A stretch of DNA of 64,000 nt, taken from positions 10,837-74,836 of the forward strand of contig CAZWON010000006.1 of NCBI GenBank assembly GCA_964635565.1. Direction: 5' to 3'. Both the position numbers and the translations under genes were made by a program. The stretch comes from an uncultured Planctomycetia bacterium (GTDB taxonomy: Bacteria > Omnitrophota > Gorgyraeia > Duberdicusellales > 4484-171). The notes under the pieces were generated by a model. That model was given only the letters and a program-made list of their open reading frames with translations. It had not been told where the DNA came from and ran no database searches. This document shows positions 9,717 to 18,789 of this stretch, piece after piece; position 1 is the first letter of the stretch; each line of letters opens with the position of its first letter.

Positions 9717-10757
9717 TTAATAACAAATCCACCTTCTTGCTTCTTTATTTATACCAATTTTTACAAGTTTTTGAAAGGAATTTATTTTTGCTTCTTTTCT
9801 TAATTTAATAATCTGATATGCTGTCTTTTTACCAATCGTAGGAATCCTTATAAGCTCATCAAATCTTGCCTTGTTTATATTAATAGGGAAAAGGTGACTG
9901 TTCTTAAAAGCAGAAGCAGTTTTAACATCCATATTTCTTAATAGATTTCCATATTCGTCATATAAAAATTCACTGCTAACAAAACCGTAATCTCTAATGA
10001 GAAAATCTGCTTCATATAAACGTCTAACTCTTAAATTATCTACAGGAGAAACACTACTAAGAGGAATATTAGGGAAAGGAAGGAAACAACTATAGTAAAC
10101 TCTTTTTAACTTTAATAAACGATATAACCTTTCAGTAACACTTAAAATTTCACGGTCAGACTCGCCTAAAGCACCCACTACAAACTGGGTAGTTATACCT
10201 TTTGATAAAGAAAGACTTCTGTTTAGCGCACTTAAATATTTAAGTCTCGCAAAGAGGTCACTGAAGGATTTCTTATGAGAAACTTTCCTGAGATACTTCT
10301 GTGCAGGAAATTCTAAATTAACAGAAAGTCTATCAACATAATGAAATAACTCTTTGATTAAATACAGGCTTGCATTAGGAAGGATTTTAGCATGAATATA
10401 CCCTTTATAGCCTAATTTTTTTCTCAATAAAATAACTGTTTCTAATATTTTCTCCTGAGAATAGTCTTCCTTTTTATATATACCACTGGAAAGAAAAATA
10501 CCTTCTACTTTATTTTTCTTATATAAATTCATAAAGAGTTTAGCTAATTGTAAGGGCTTTAAAATAAAACGGGGGCAATTACTTTTTACATTATTGAAAC
10601 AATAGCCACAATTGTAATAACAACAATTGGTAAGAAGAATTTTAAAAATATAATTTATCTTTTTGGCCTTTGCAGGATAAATATAGGAAGATAAACAATC
10701 AGCTTCGACCTCTGCATTTTGAGATAAAATATTCTGGGCGCTTAACAAATTCTTCAT
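9717..10757 (-). CDS. Radical SAM protein with a C-terminal helix-hairpin-helix. Resembles the putative DNA modification/repair radical-SAM family.
   Basis: CxxxCxxC cluster motif NCCYYNCGYC near the N-terminus. C-terminal HhH-like IPTIGKKTAYQIIKLRK. The start overlaps the DUF523 gene by 59 nt, so the true start may be further downstream. Confidence 0.65.
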   Translation of the reverse strand: MKNLLSAQNILSQNAEVEADCLSSYIYPAKAKKINYIFKILLTNCCYYNCGYCFNNVKSNCPRFILKPLQLAKLFMNLYKKNKVEGIFLSSGIYKKEDYSQEKILETVILLRKKLGYKGYIHAKILPNASLYLIKELFHYVDRLSVNLEFPAQKYLRKVSHKKSFSDLFARLKYLSALNRSLSLSKGITTQFVVGALGESDREILSVTERLYRLLKLKRVYYSCFLPFPNIPLSSVSPVDNLRVRRLYEADFLIRDYGFVSSEFLYDEYGNLLRNMDVKTASAFKNSHLFPININKARFDELIRIPTIGKKTAYQIIKLRKEAKINSFQKLVKIGINKEARRWICY

Positions 10758-11217
10758 TGCTTACTATAACTACATTATCATTTTTAAGAAGATAGGCAAA
10801 CAATCCTAATCCTTCTTTTAATATTTTACTAAAACTACCATTATAAATAAAATCAGGGGAACAGGAGGGGCTTTTTGACTTAAGAATTGCTAACCTTATG
10901 TTGTTTTCCTTTGCTATTTTAAAAGACAGTTTTGCTCCTTGGATAAACATTCCTGTCACATCTTTACCTTTTATATCTACTACTCTATTTTTCCTAAGAA
11001 AGATGTCCGAAGCCTTTCCTTTTAACTCAAAAGGGCCTCTTTTTTTCTTAAAGCCTGCTAACTCCTCTGGACAAACACCAATAGGCCTAAAACTTCTCAG
11101 TAATTTGACCAAAGTTTTATCATAACAATTACTCCCATCGTAACGGCAATTTCTTCCCAATAAACAGGCACTTATCAATACTTTTCCTTTCATGACTAAA
11201 CATAAACATTTAATCAA
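10699..11217 (-). CDS. DUF523 / TudS-family (thiouracil desulfidase-like) Fe-S protein
   Basis: N-terminal VLISACLLGRNCRYDGSN. Also CPEELAG, LKSKSPSC and IYNGSF, matching conserved blocks of DUF523/TudS proteins. Confidence 0.7.
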   Translation of the reverse strand: MIKCLCLVMKGKVLISACLLGRNCRYDGSNCYDKTLVKLLRSFRPIGVCPEELAGFKKKRGPFELKGKASDIFLRKNRVVDIKGKDVTGMFIQGAKLSFKIAKENNIRLAILKSKSPSCSPDFIYNGSFSKILKEGLGLFAYLLKNDNVVIVSNEEFVKRPEYFISKCRGRS

Positions 11218-11284
11218 TGGCCAACACCCAACACTCTACAACTTAAAGGCAACCACTTGACTCCTTAATCTATATTACCCTCTT

Positions 11285-11764
11285 TTACTCTTTAAGCCAC
11301 AGTTTCCTTAACTGGTCATTTATTTCTTTTTTTATAGTGTAGTCAATATTCTTGTCAATGTCTTTTTTATTCTTAACATGAGGAAATCTCTTTTTTCTTG
11401 CCTTTCTACCAAGAAAGTCGGTAGTCGATAAGACACCTGCCCCCTGTTTTCTCACATAGCTTACAATCTCATAATCATCACTTACAACTACTATCTGACG
11501 CTTATTCCTACAAACATCAATCTTCCTGCAAATTAATTCATCCGCGCTCTTTACGCCACTAAAAATTATCTCAAATTCCTGTTCTCTATTCTTCAATAAA
11601 ACATCGACATTTCCATCAAAAACAATGGTCACACGATTATTTCTACTGCCTGTGAGGCGATATCTTTTTATAAAAGAAATAAATTCTTCTCTTGGGGAAG
11701 GGCTCTTTTTTAAGAAAGAAACCTTATGTATTACGTTCCAGCCATCTATGATATACCACAACAT
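11285..11764 (-). CDS. NYN-domain (YacP-like) predicted ribonuclease
   Basis: MLWYIIDGWNVIH ... VTIVFDG ... IVVVSDDYEI, the YacP/NYN pattern. Confidence 0.7.
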   Translation of the reverse strand: MLWYIIDGWNVIHKVSFLKKSPSPREEFISFIKRYRLTGSRNNRVTIVFDGNVDVLLKNREQEFEIIFSGVKSADELICRKIDVCRNKRQIVVVSDDYEIVSYVRKQGAGVLSTTDFLGRKARKKRFPHVKNKKDIDKNIDYTIKKEINDQLRKLWLKE

Positions 11765-12671
11765 ATACTAATCCTCCCAAGATGCTGGTAAGAATGTTAA
11801 TAAACAAAAAAGAAAAAGATAAACTCAAGGCTATAGATTTATCTATAGCAATACGGGAGAAAAAATAAACTGTCGCAGCATCTCTTGTCCCCATACCAGC
11901 AATAGTAATAGGAAGGGTAGCAATAAATTGCACTATTGGTATGAGAATAAAAAAATATACAGCTTCTACCTTTAAAAAAAATGCTTTTGAAAGAACAAAG
12001 AAAATAAAACATATACTTCCCTGTATAACACAGGAATAAATTAAGCTTTTAAAAAATATAGAAGGATTTTGTCTAAAGAAATAAAGGTCATTATAAAAAC
12101 GCACCAGTCTATTCTTAATAATTCCTCCCTTGACATATCTATTTATACGGTGGAAAAAATATTTATTAAATACAATAAGCACTAATCCTAAGTTTAAAAG
12201 TAAAAAGAATGCTATTGATATAATGATATTATACTCCTTTATCCTTCTACTTGCTATTATATAAGCAAATAATGCTATTATTCCCAAACTAAAACCCCCA
12301 CTAAACCTATCCATAACTACACTGGAAATAATTTTAAATGATTTTTTATGGCGGTAACTTAAAGCCAGACTTCTAAAAATATCTCCTCCTAATAAAGAAG
12401 GAGACAGAATATTAAAAAAAAGACTAGAAAAATACGTATACAATATCTCCCTGATACCAATATCTACACTTATAGAAGAAAGAATAAAACGCCATCTCAA
12501 TGCTCCTAAAGCATTTACCATAACAAAAAGAAAAAAAGAAAATATAATATAAAATTTATTGGCCTCTCTATAAAGCGCTATAATCCGTTGATAAGAAATG
12601 AATTTGAAGAGAAAAAAGATAATTCCTAATCCAATACAAACCCGGAGAGTAAAAAATGCTATTTTTTTCAA
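11724..12671 (-). CDS. Flippase-like domain membrane protein (UPF0104 / LPG-synthase TM family)
   Basis: Eight or so TM segments. N-terminal GLGIIFFLFKFISYQ ... LGALRWRFIL, typical of UPF0104. Confidence 0.55.
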   Translation of the reverse strand: MKKIAFFTLRVCIGLGIIFFLFKFISYQRIIALYREANKFYIIFSFFLFVMVNALGALRWRFILSSISVDIGIREILYTYFSSLFFNILSPSLLGGDIFRSLALSYRHKKSFKIISSVVMDRFSGGFSLGIIALFAYIIASRRIKEYNIIISIAFFLLLNLGLVLIVFNKYFFHRINRYVKGGIIKNRLVRFYNDLYFFRQNPSIFFKSLIYSCVIQGSICFIFFVLSKAFFLKVEAVYFFILIPIVQFIATLPITIAGMGTRDAATVYFFSRIAIDKSIALSLSFSFLFINILTSILGGLVYVVVYHRWLERNT

Positions 12672-12672
12672 T

Positions 12673-13599
12673 TCAATAACTTACATAACTACCTTTAAGC
12701 TGACGATACACGCTTAAAGCAGCAATTGCCCCTTCGCCTGCAGCAGTAATAAGTTGTCTTAAAGGACGGCGCCGACAATCACCACAGGCATAAATATAAG
12801 GAGAGGATGTTGCCATATTTTCATCGGTAATAATAAACCCTTCCTCATTCATATCAATAAGCCCCCTATATATCTGGGTATTAGGTGTTATGCCTATAGC
12901 AATAAAAACAGCATTAACCTTAAGGGTGTCAATCTTATTCTCTTTATTATTCTCTATTACTACTTCTTCAACAAAATCCTTCCCTCTGATTTTTTTTACA
13001 GTACTATTCCATAAAATCTTGATATTTTCTTTTTTAAACACTTCTTTCTGCAAGTAATCCAGAGCTCGTAACTTATCACGACGGTGAATTAAATAAATCT
13101 TTTTACATATAGAAGAAAGATAAAGAGCATCTTCTACCGCTATATTTCCTCCGCCTACAACAACAACTTCTTTCCCTTTGAAAAAATAACCATCGCAAAC
13201 TGCACACCAAGAAACTCCTCTCCCTATGAATTCTTCTTCTCCTTCAACTTCTAACCTTCTAAAAGAAGCTCCTGTAGCAATCACCAAAGAAAACGCCTCA
13301 TACTCTCCTTTATTAACATAAACATTAATTCTCTCTTCTTTTTGAGTAACCTTCGTCACTTCTTCCTCTATGACTTTAATATCTAATTCTTTTAAGGATG
13401 AGCCTAAAATATTTAAAAATTCCCCTCCTCTAGTTCCCAACTTTACTCCTGGATAGTTATCTACATAGTTAATGTAATTAAGCTGTCCTCCTAAAGCGGA
13501 TTTTTCAAAAATAACGGGTTGTAGCCCTGCCCGCTTAGCATATAAAGCACAGGAAACTCCTGCAATCCCTCCTCCAATAATTATTAATTCTTCTTTCAT
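12673..13599 (-). CDS. trxB: Thioredoxin-disulfide reductase
   Basis: FAD motif GGGIAGVSCALYAKRAG. Redox-active CAVCDG. NAD(P)H motif VVGGGNIAVEDA. Confidence 0.9.
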   Translation of the reverse strand: MKEELIIIGGGIAGVSCALYAKRAGLQPVIFEKSALGGQLNYINYVDNYPGVKLGTRGGEFLNILGSSLKELDIKVIEEEVTKVTQKEERINVYVNKGEYEAFSLVIATGASFRRLEVEGEEEFIGRGVSWCAVCDGYFFKGKEVVVVGGGNIAVEDALYLSSICKKIYLIHRRDKLRALDYLQKEVFKKENIKILWNSTVKKIRGKDFVEEVVIENNKENKIDTLKVNAVFIAIGITPNTQIYRGLIDMNEEGFIITDENMATSSPYIYACGDCRRRPLRQLITAAGEGAIAALSVYRQLKGSYVSY

Positions 13600-13615
13600 A
13601 GTTTAACCTTAAAAA

Positions 13616-13813
13616 TTACTTTCTCTTTAAAGAGATAAAATACTCTATAGAACGATTATATGTCTTTTCTGCCTCAGGAGGGAAAAGACATCCGGGAAGC
13701 TCATTATGTGATAAATGATACCGCAGGCATTCGCAACATATGCCTTTGCGGGAACATCCGGGATAAGTACAGGGACACAACTGCGTATTTTTACTCTTAT
13801 TATTGCACTCCAT
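13616..13813 (-). CDS. Small Cys-rich hypothetical protein (9 Cys in 65 aa)
   Basis: CPCTYPGCSRKGICCECLRYHLSHNELPGC. Tightly packed between trxB and def, overlapping def by 14 nt. Confidence 0.4.
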   Translation of the reverse strand: MECNNKSKNTQLCPCTYPGCSRKGICCECLRYHLSHNELPGCLFPPEAEKTYNRSIEYFISLKRK

Positions 13814-14312
13814 TCTTAACCCTCTTTTTTATCTCTCTTAGTTTACCTCTTAACTTTAACCGTTCTAAGAAAGGAATACGTTCAATAAAAACTATCCCAT
13901 TGATGTGGTCAATTTCATGTTGGAGAGCAACAGACAAAATTCCTTCTGCTTCAATATCAAAAGGGTTACCTCTTTCATCTAATGCTGAAACCCAAACTTT
14001 TTCTGCCCGCCTTATCCTCAATATAATCCCCGGAAAGCTTAAACATCCCTCCTCAAATTGGACTCTCCCTTCTTTTTTTATTATCCGGGGGTTAACCAAC
14101 TTAAAAATATCTTTCTGAATCTGAATAACTACAAGACGTAAATCAACCCCTGCTTGATTCGCAGCTAATCCTATCCCTTCAGAAAGTATCATTAAAGAAT
14201 GCATCTCGTTAAGAATCTTGCGGATATTATCGTTAACTTCCTTTACTTCTCTACACTTTTTACGTAGAATATCCTCACCCCAAAAATGTATTCTTAATTT
14301 TATTTCTTTCAT
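13800..14312 (-). CDS. def: Peptide deformylase
   Basis: Three PDF motifs: GIGLAANQ, EGCLSFPG, QHEIDH. Confidence 0.9.
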   Translation of the reverse strand: MKEIKLRIHFWGEDILRKKCREVKEVNDNIRKILNEMHSLMILSEGIGLAANQAGVDLRLVVIQIQKDIFKLVNPRIIKKEGRVQFEEGCLSFPGIILRIRRAEKVWVSALDERGNPFDIEAEGILSVALQHEIDHINGIVFIERIPFLERLKLRGKLREIKKRVKNGVQ

Positions 14313-14637
14313 TTAGCTCTACAAATTTTATCTTGAAATCCTCCAATTCCTCGGGAAGAAACATCCCATAAGAAAGAATAATAAGTTTATCGCCTTTAAA
14401 CCCCGTGCGTGCTGCAGGCCCATTTAGGCATACTACCCCACTACTTCTTTCTCCTTTTATAACGTAAGTCTCAATTCTTGCTCCATTATTAAGGTTAAGA
14501 ACCTCAACTTTTTCTCCTTCAAGAAGATCCGCTGCTTCCATAATGTCTTCATCAAGAGTAATGCTTCCTTTATAATAAAGCTGTGTCTCAGTAACAGTAG
14601 CATAATATATTTTTGACTTTAACATACTTCTTAACAT
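14275..14637 (-). CDS. panD: Aspartate 1-decarboxylase
   Basis: MLRSMLKSKIYYATVT ... KGSITLD (Gly-Ser self-cleavage site). Length 120 aa. Confidence 0.9.
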   Translation of the reverse strand: MLRSMLKSKIYYATVTETQLYYKGSITLDEDIMEAADLLEGEKVEVLNLNNGARIETYVIKGERSSGVVCLNGPAARTGFKGDKLIILSYGMFLPEELEDFKIKFVELNERNKIKNTFLG

Positions 14638-14645
14638 ATTACCAC

Positions 14646-15791
14646 CTATCCTTTTACTCTCTTCTTCAATATATCAAAGGTCAAAGAAGCAATCATAAAA
14701 CCTTCATCTGTGGGAATAACTATAACTTTTGTTTTAGAAGATACCACCTTCTGGATACTTCTCTTAAGTGAGTTTATTAAATCAGGGTTATTCTCTCCTA
14801 TACCTGCAGTAAAACAGACAGCGTCTGCTCCTCCTAAAACCATATAATAGGCACCGATATACTTTTTAATTCGATACATAAACATCTCAAGGGCAAGCTG
14901 AGCAAGTTTATTACCTCTTTCTGCAGCTTTTTTTATTTCCCTTATGTCATTACTTATTTGGGAAACACCTAATAATCCACTTTTTTTATTCAGAAGTTCA
15001 TCTACCTTTTTAAGAGATAACTTCTCTTTTTCCATTAAATATAAGACTGCTGCTACATCAATATCTCCACAACGTGTTCCCATCATAAGACCTTCTAAGG
15101 GGGTAAATCCCATTGACGTATCAATAGACTTTCCTTTATCGATTGCTGTTATACTACAACCGTTGCCTAAATGGCAGGTTATAAGTTTCACTTTACTTAA
15201 TGGCTTCTTAAGAATACGAGCAGCTTGTTTTGCTACATATTGATGAGAGGTTCCGTGAAAACCATATTTTCTTATCTTATATTTTTTGTAGTATTTTAAA
15301 GGAAGGGCATACCTATGGGCATAATCAGGAATAGTTTGATGGAAAGCAGTATCAAATACAGCTACTTGTAAAACATTAGGTAAAGTATTAAGTGTTGCCT
15401 TAATACCCTCCAGATTAGCAGGATTATGCAAAGGAGCTATTTTTATACATTCTTTGATTTTTCTTATTACCTTTTTATCAATAACATGAGGCTCGTGAAA
15501 AGTCTCACCGCCATGAACGACTCTATGACCAATGGCTTTTATTTCACTGAGATGCTCAATAACCTTATTATCTATCAATTGGGAAAAAACTACCTTCATT
15601 CCCTCAGTATGAGTGGAAACACCTGAATCCTTTTCCCCAATCTTTTCTATAACTCCCCCTGCTAAAAGTTTACCGTGAGGGAAAAGATATAATTTATATT
15701 TAATAGAAGAACTCCCACAATTTATGGTAAGAATATGAGCATTAAGAGAAGTCTTTATGGTTGTTTTCTGTATTCTATTAAATCTCTTCAT
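14646..15791 (-). CDS. ackA: Acetate (propionate) kinase
   Basis: ILTINCGSSSIKYKLY signature. Adjacent to a phosphotransacetylase. Confidence 0.85.
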   Translation of the reverse strand: MKRFNRIQKTTIKTSLNAHILTINCGSSSIKYKLYLFPHGKLLAGGVIEKIGEKDSGVSTHTEGMKVVFSQLIDNKVIEHLSEIKAIGHRVVHGGETFHEPHVIDKKVIRKIKECIKIAPLHNPANLEGIKATLNTLPNVLQVAVFDTAFHQTIPDYAHRYALPLKYYKKYKIRKYGFHGTSHQYVAKQAARILKKPLSKVKLITCHLGNGCSITAIDKGKSIDTSMGFTPLEGLMMGTRCGDIDVAAVLYLMEKEKLSLKKVDELLNKKSGLLGVSQISNDIREIKKAAERGNKLAQLALEMFMYRIKKYIGAYYMVLGGADAVCFTAGIGENNPDLINSLKRSIQKVVSSKTKVIVIPTDEGFMIASLTFDILKKRVKG

Positions 15792-16737
15792 TGATAAAGC
15801 TTGTTTTCTGCGCTCTAATAACCGTAACTGCAGTACAATCTACAATATCATCTATACTACACCCACGAGAGAGGTCACTACAAGGTTGGGCAGTACCTAA
15901 AATTATAGGCCCTATTGCTCTTGCTTTTGCTAATCGTTCTGTAAGCTTATAGCAAATATTTCCTGCGTCAAGATTAGGGAAAATTAAAACATTGGCTCTA
16001 CCTGCCACTTCACTATCTGCAACTTTTCTTTTTGCCACTTCAGAAACTATTGCTGAATCCGCCTGAAGTTCACCATCAATCAAAAAACTATCATCTTTAG
16101 ACTTGGCAATTTCTACAGCATCTTTAACTTTATCTATCCATCTTCCCTCGGCACTACCTTTGGTAGAAAAACTTAACAAAGCTACACGAGGAGTAATATT
16201 TAGGACATCACGGGCAAACCTAGCTGCAGAAAGGGCAATTAAAGCTAACTGTTCGCTGGTAGGATAAGGAATTACTCCACAATCAGCATAAACAAAAAGA
16301 CCACTCTCTCCATAACTACAATCAGGTATAGCCATAACAAAACAACTGGAAACAATCCCATAACTTCTATCAATATTTAAACAATTTATTGCCGCTCTTA
16401 TAACATTTGATGTTGTAGAGATAGCACCAGCAACAAAACCATCCGCATATCCCAAACGTACCATCATCGCAGCATAATAAAGGGGATTCTCCATAATCTC
16501 CCTTGCTTCCTCAAATGTTACTCCTTTTACCTGTTTTCGTTCATAAAAAATATTAGCAAATTCCTCCTGTTTCTCTGGTTCAAGATTATCATGAGTTAAA
16601 AGTAGAGGAGAAGCTATATTTTCTCTCTTTATATATTCTACTGCTTTAACAATTCGCTCATCAGAAACCTCAGGAAAAATAATTTTCTTAGGATCTTGTT
16701 TCGCTCTTTTTCTTAACTCACTAATTATCTTCTCCAT
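15778..16737 (-). CDS. pta: Phosphate acetyl/butyryl-transferase
   Basis: Pta_PtaB-family length and blocks (GAISTTSNVIRAA, GELQADSA). Operon with ackA. Confidence 0.75.
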   Translation of the reverse strand: MEKIISELRKRAKQDPKKIIFPEVSDERIVKAVEYIKRENIASPLLLTHDNLEPEKQEEFANIFYERKQVKGVTFEEAREIMENPLYYAAMMVRLGYADGFVAGAISTTSNVIRAAINCLNIDRSYGIVSSCFVMAIPDCSYGESGLFVYADCGVIPYPTSEQLALIALSAARFARDVLNITPRVALLSFSTKGSAEGRWIDKVKDAVEIAKSKDDSFLIDGELQADSAIVSEVAKRKVADSEVAGRANVLIFPNLDAGNICYKLTERLAKARAIGPIILGTAQPCSDLSRGCSIDDIVDCTAVTVIRAQKTSFINEEI

Positions 16738-16999
16738 AGCGCCTCCCTTAAAAATTTAGAAATTGAATCTTATCACAAACTTATTCTTTCTTCAACCTAA
16801 AATTTACTCTCTGTTATTGCAACATAAAAATATCACCTTTTTTGCAAAATAAGTATGCATATTCTAATTCCAGAACTTTTTTCTAACCGCGTAGGTTAGA
16901 ACGGTAACGCCTGTAACAACATTGGCTTTCTTTATAACAGGCTTTCCATAAATATTTGTATTTACAATCAATTGCCATTAGTGTTAGAATATTCCCATT

Positions 17000-17707
17000 A
17001 TGTATAAAGATTATTTGAAGGCATTTGTCAATATTATTTTCCCTGCCTACTGCTTTGTATGCAGGAAAAAACAAGCGAAAGAGATTATCTGTGAAGAATG
17101 CAAGAATAAAATAGAAGTTCTTATGCCTCCTTTCTGTAGGCTATGCGCAAAAGAAATAAGAAAAGAAAATGCTGATATATGTAAAGATTGCCTTAAAAGA
17201 AAAATTTATTATGATAGAGTAATAAGCTGTTTTTTATACAAAGAACCATTAGTAACCCTTATCCACCTCGTAAAATATAAATACTACGATTACATTATGG
17301 AATTTATGTCTTTGCTTATGATGGATTATCTATCAAAAATGAACTTTTCTTTTAAAGAGTATGACTTTATTACAAGTGTACCTTCTCATCCTCTAAGGAT
17401 ACGAGAAAGGGAATATAATCAGAGCGCTATACTGGCGAAAAAAATAAGTGAATTCTTAAAAATTCCTTTTAAAAATGATATAATCTTTTCCAAGAAGAAT
17501 AAACCATCACAAACTACTTTAAAAAAAGATTTAAGGCTTAAAAATGTAGAAAATAATTTTTTTATAAAGAAAGATTTAACAGATAAAAATATAATTATTG
17601 TTGATGATGTAATCACCACGGGCGCTACTCTATCTGAATGTGCAAAAGCATTAAAGAAAAAGGGAGCAAATAGTGTTGTAGCATTAACTTTGGTGAAAGT
17701 CCCATGA
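17000..17707 (+). CDS. comF: ComF-family phosphoribosyltransferase (double zinc ribbon plus PRTase)
   Basis: N-terminal CFVCRKK ... CEECKNK ... CRLC zinc ribbons. PRTase motif IIIVDDVITTGATL. Confidence 0.8.
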   Translation: MYKDYLKAFVNIIFPAYCFVCRKKQAKEIICEECKNKIEVLMPPFCRLCAKEIRKENADICKDCLKRKIYYDRVISCFLYKEPLVTLIHLVKYKYYDYIMEFMSLLMMDYLSKMNFSFKEYDFITSVPSHPLRIREREYNQSAILAKKISEFLKIPFKNDIIFSKKNKPSQTTLKKDLRLKNVENNFFIKKDLTDKNIIIVDDVITTGATLSECAKALKKKGANSVVALTLVKVP

Positions 17708-18789
17708 GAATACTAAGAATGTATATATTAAAAGATTTCCTCTCCTCTTTTATTTTTTCTCTTATGAGTCTTACTTTAGTAATGGTCTTAGGTAACTTAA
17801 AAAAAATATCTGATATGATCATCAGAAAGGGAATAAATATTACCGATGCTCTTAGAATATTCTCTCTATTTATTCCTTATATCTTAGGCTTTACTCTTCC
17901 TCTTGCTATCCTTATGGGAATTCTACTTACAATGGGCAGGATTATTGCCAATAACGAATTAATAGCAATAAATATTGCTGGTATTTCTCTTTTAAAAATC
18001 CTTGCAATTTTTATTATTGTCGCTATTATATTCAGTTTATTTCTTTTCATTCTCCATGATAAAGTTATTCCCTATTTCCATTATAGTTACCGAAGTACCC
18101 TAAAAAACCTTTATGCCAAAAATATAGTTGCTATTATTGAACCAGGAGTATACTTAGAGAATTTTAAGAATACTATTCTCTATGTAGACGATATCGCAGA
18201 TAATAAATTGAAAAATATCTATATATACGAGACAACTGAAAAGGGATTAAACCGTCTTACTTATGCCCGGAGAGGAGAGTTTGTTGTAGATAACAATAAG
18301 TTAACCATGCGTTTAGAAAAAGGCTTCAGAGATGAAATGAATCCGGGAGGGAAAAAAACACTCTACCGCTTAAACTTTAAAATATTTTTTATAGATCTTC
18401 CCATCCAGGAGAAAAAAAATAAAAATGTTGAAAAGAAGGCTTCTGATATGAACCTAAAAGAACTTAAGGAAAATATAAAATACTTAAGGAAATTAAATAT
18501 AAGTCCTACGGAATTACTTGCTGAATTATATAAAAGACTCAGTTTATCATTCTCACCGATTACTTTTGTAATTTTAGGCTTTGGAATATCCTTGATAGTA
18601 AAACACCGCGAGAAGTCAGTAAACTTTGGCATAGCAGTACTAATAGCAGGAGTTTATTATCTCCTTATTCTTCTCGGAGAAACCCTTGTTGATTATAATT
18701 ATCTACCACCGTTATTAGGAATGTGGCTCCCTAATCTTATTATAGTTACTATTGGAGGTCTATTAATAATTAGAAAATGCATATATTAG
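17704..18789 (+). CDS. lptF: LPS export permease LptF/LptG family
   Basis: MRILRMYILKDFLSSFIFSLMSLTLV start with YjgP/YjgQ topology. Overlaps comF by 4 nt. Confidence 0.75.
   Translation: MRILRMYILKDFLSSFIFSLMSLTLVMVLGNLKKISDMIIRKGINITDALRIFSLFIPYILGFTLPLAILMGILLTMGRIIANNELIAINIAGISLLKILAIFIIVAIIFSLFLFILHDKVIPYFHYSYRSTLKNLYAKNIVAIIEPGVYLENFKNTILYVDDIADNKLKNIYIYETTEKGLNRLTYARRGEFVVDNNKLTMRLEKGFRDEMNPGGKKTLYRLNFKIFFIDLPIQEKKNKNVEKKASDMNLKELKENIKYLRKLNISPTELLAELYKRLSLSFSPITFVILGFGISLIVKHREKSVNFGIAVLIAGVYYLLILLGETLVDYNYLPPLLGMWLPNLIIVTIGGLLIIRKCIY

Noticed and set aside
10699-10757. 59-nt overlap between the radical SAM and DUF523 genes, and a 47-nt overlap between 11724..11764 and the NYN gene
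   Set aside because: The ORF track extends to the most upstream ATG/GTG/TTG. The true starts are probably internal, so these are treated as start-calling uncertainty rather than real long overlaps.
13660-14118. 152-aa plus-strand ORF, and many other 60-156-aa plus-strand ORFs such as 2176..2445, 22156..22626, 38308..38679 and 62485..62808
   Set aside because: They lie entirely inside well-supported minus-strand genes (def, GH, thiL, clpC, surface protein) and have no RBS or family signal. They are likely antisense artefacts of the six-frame track.
16880-16960. Possible tRNA-like sequence (aaccgcgtaggttagaacggtaacgcctgtaac) in the pta/comF divergent spacer
   Set aside because: No T-loop GTTCRANYC consensus and no acceptor-stem complementarity. 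More likely it is promoter DNA.
16883-17074. 63-aa minus-strand ORF overlapping the comF start
   Set aside because: It lies in the divergent promoter region with no RBS and low complexity. It is probably spurious.
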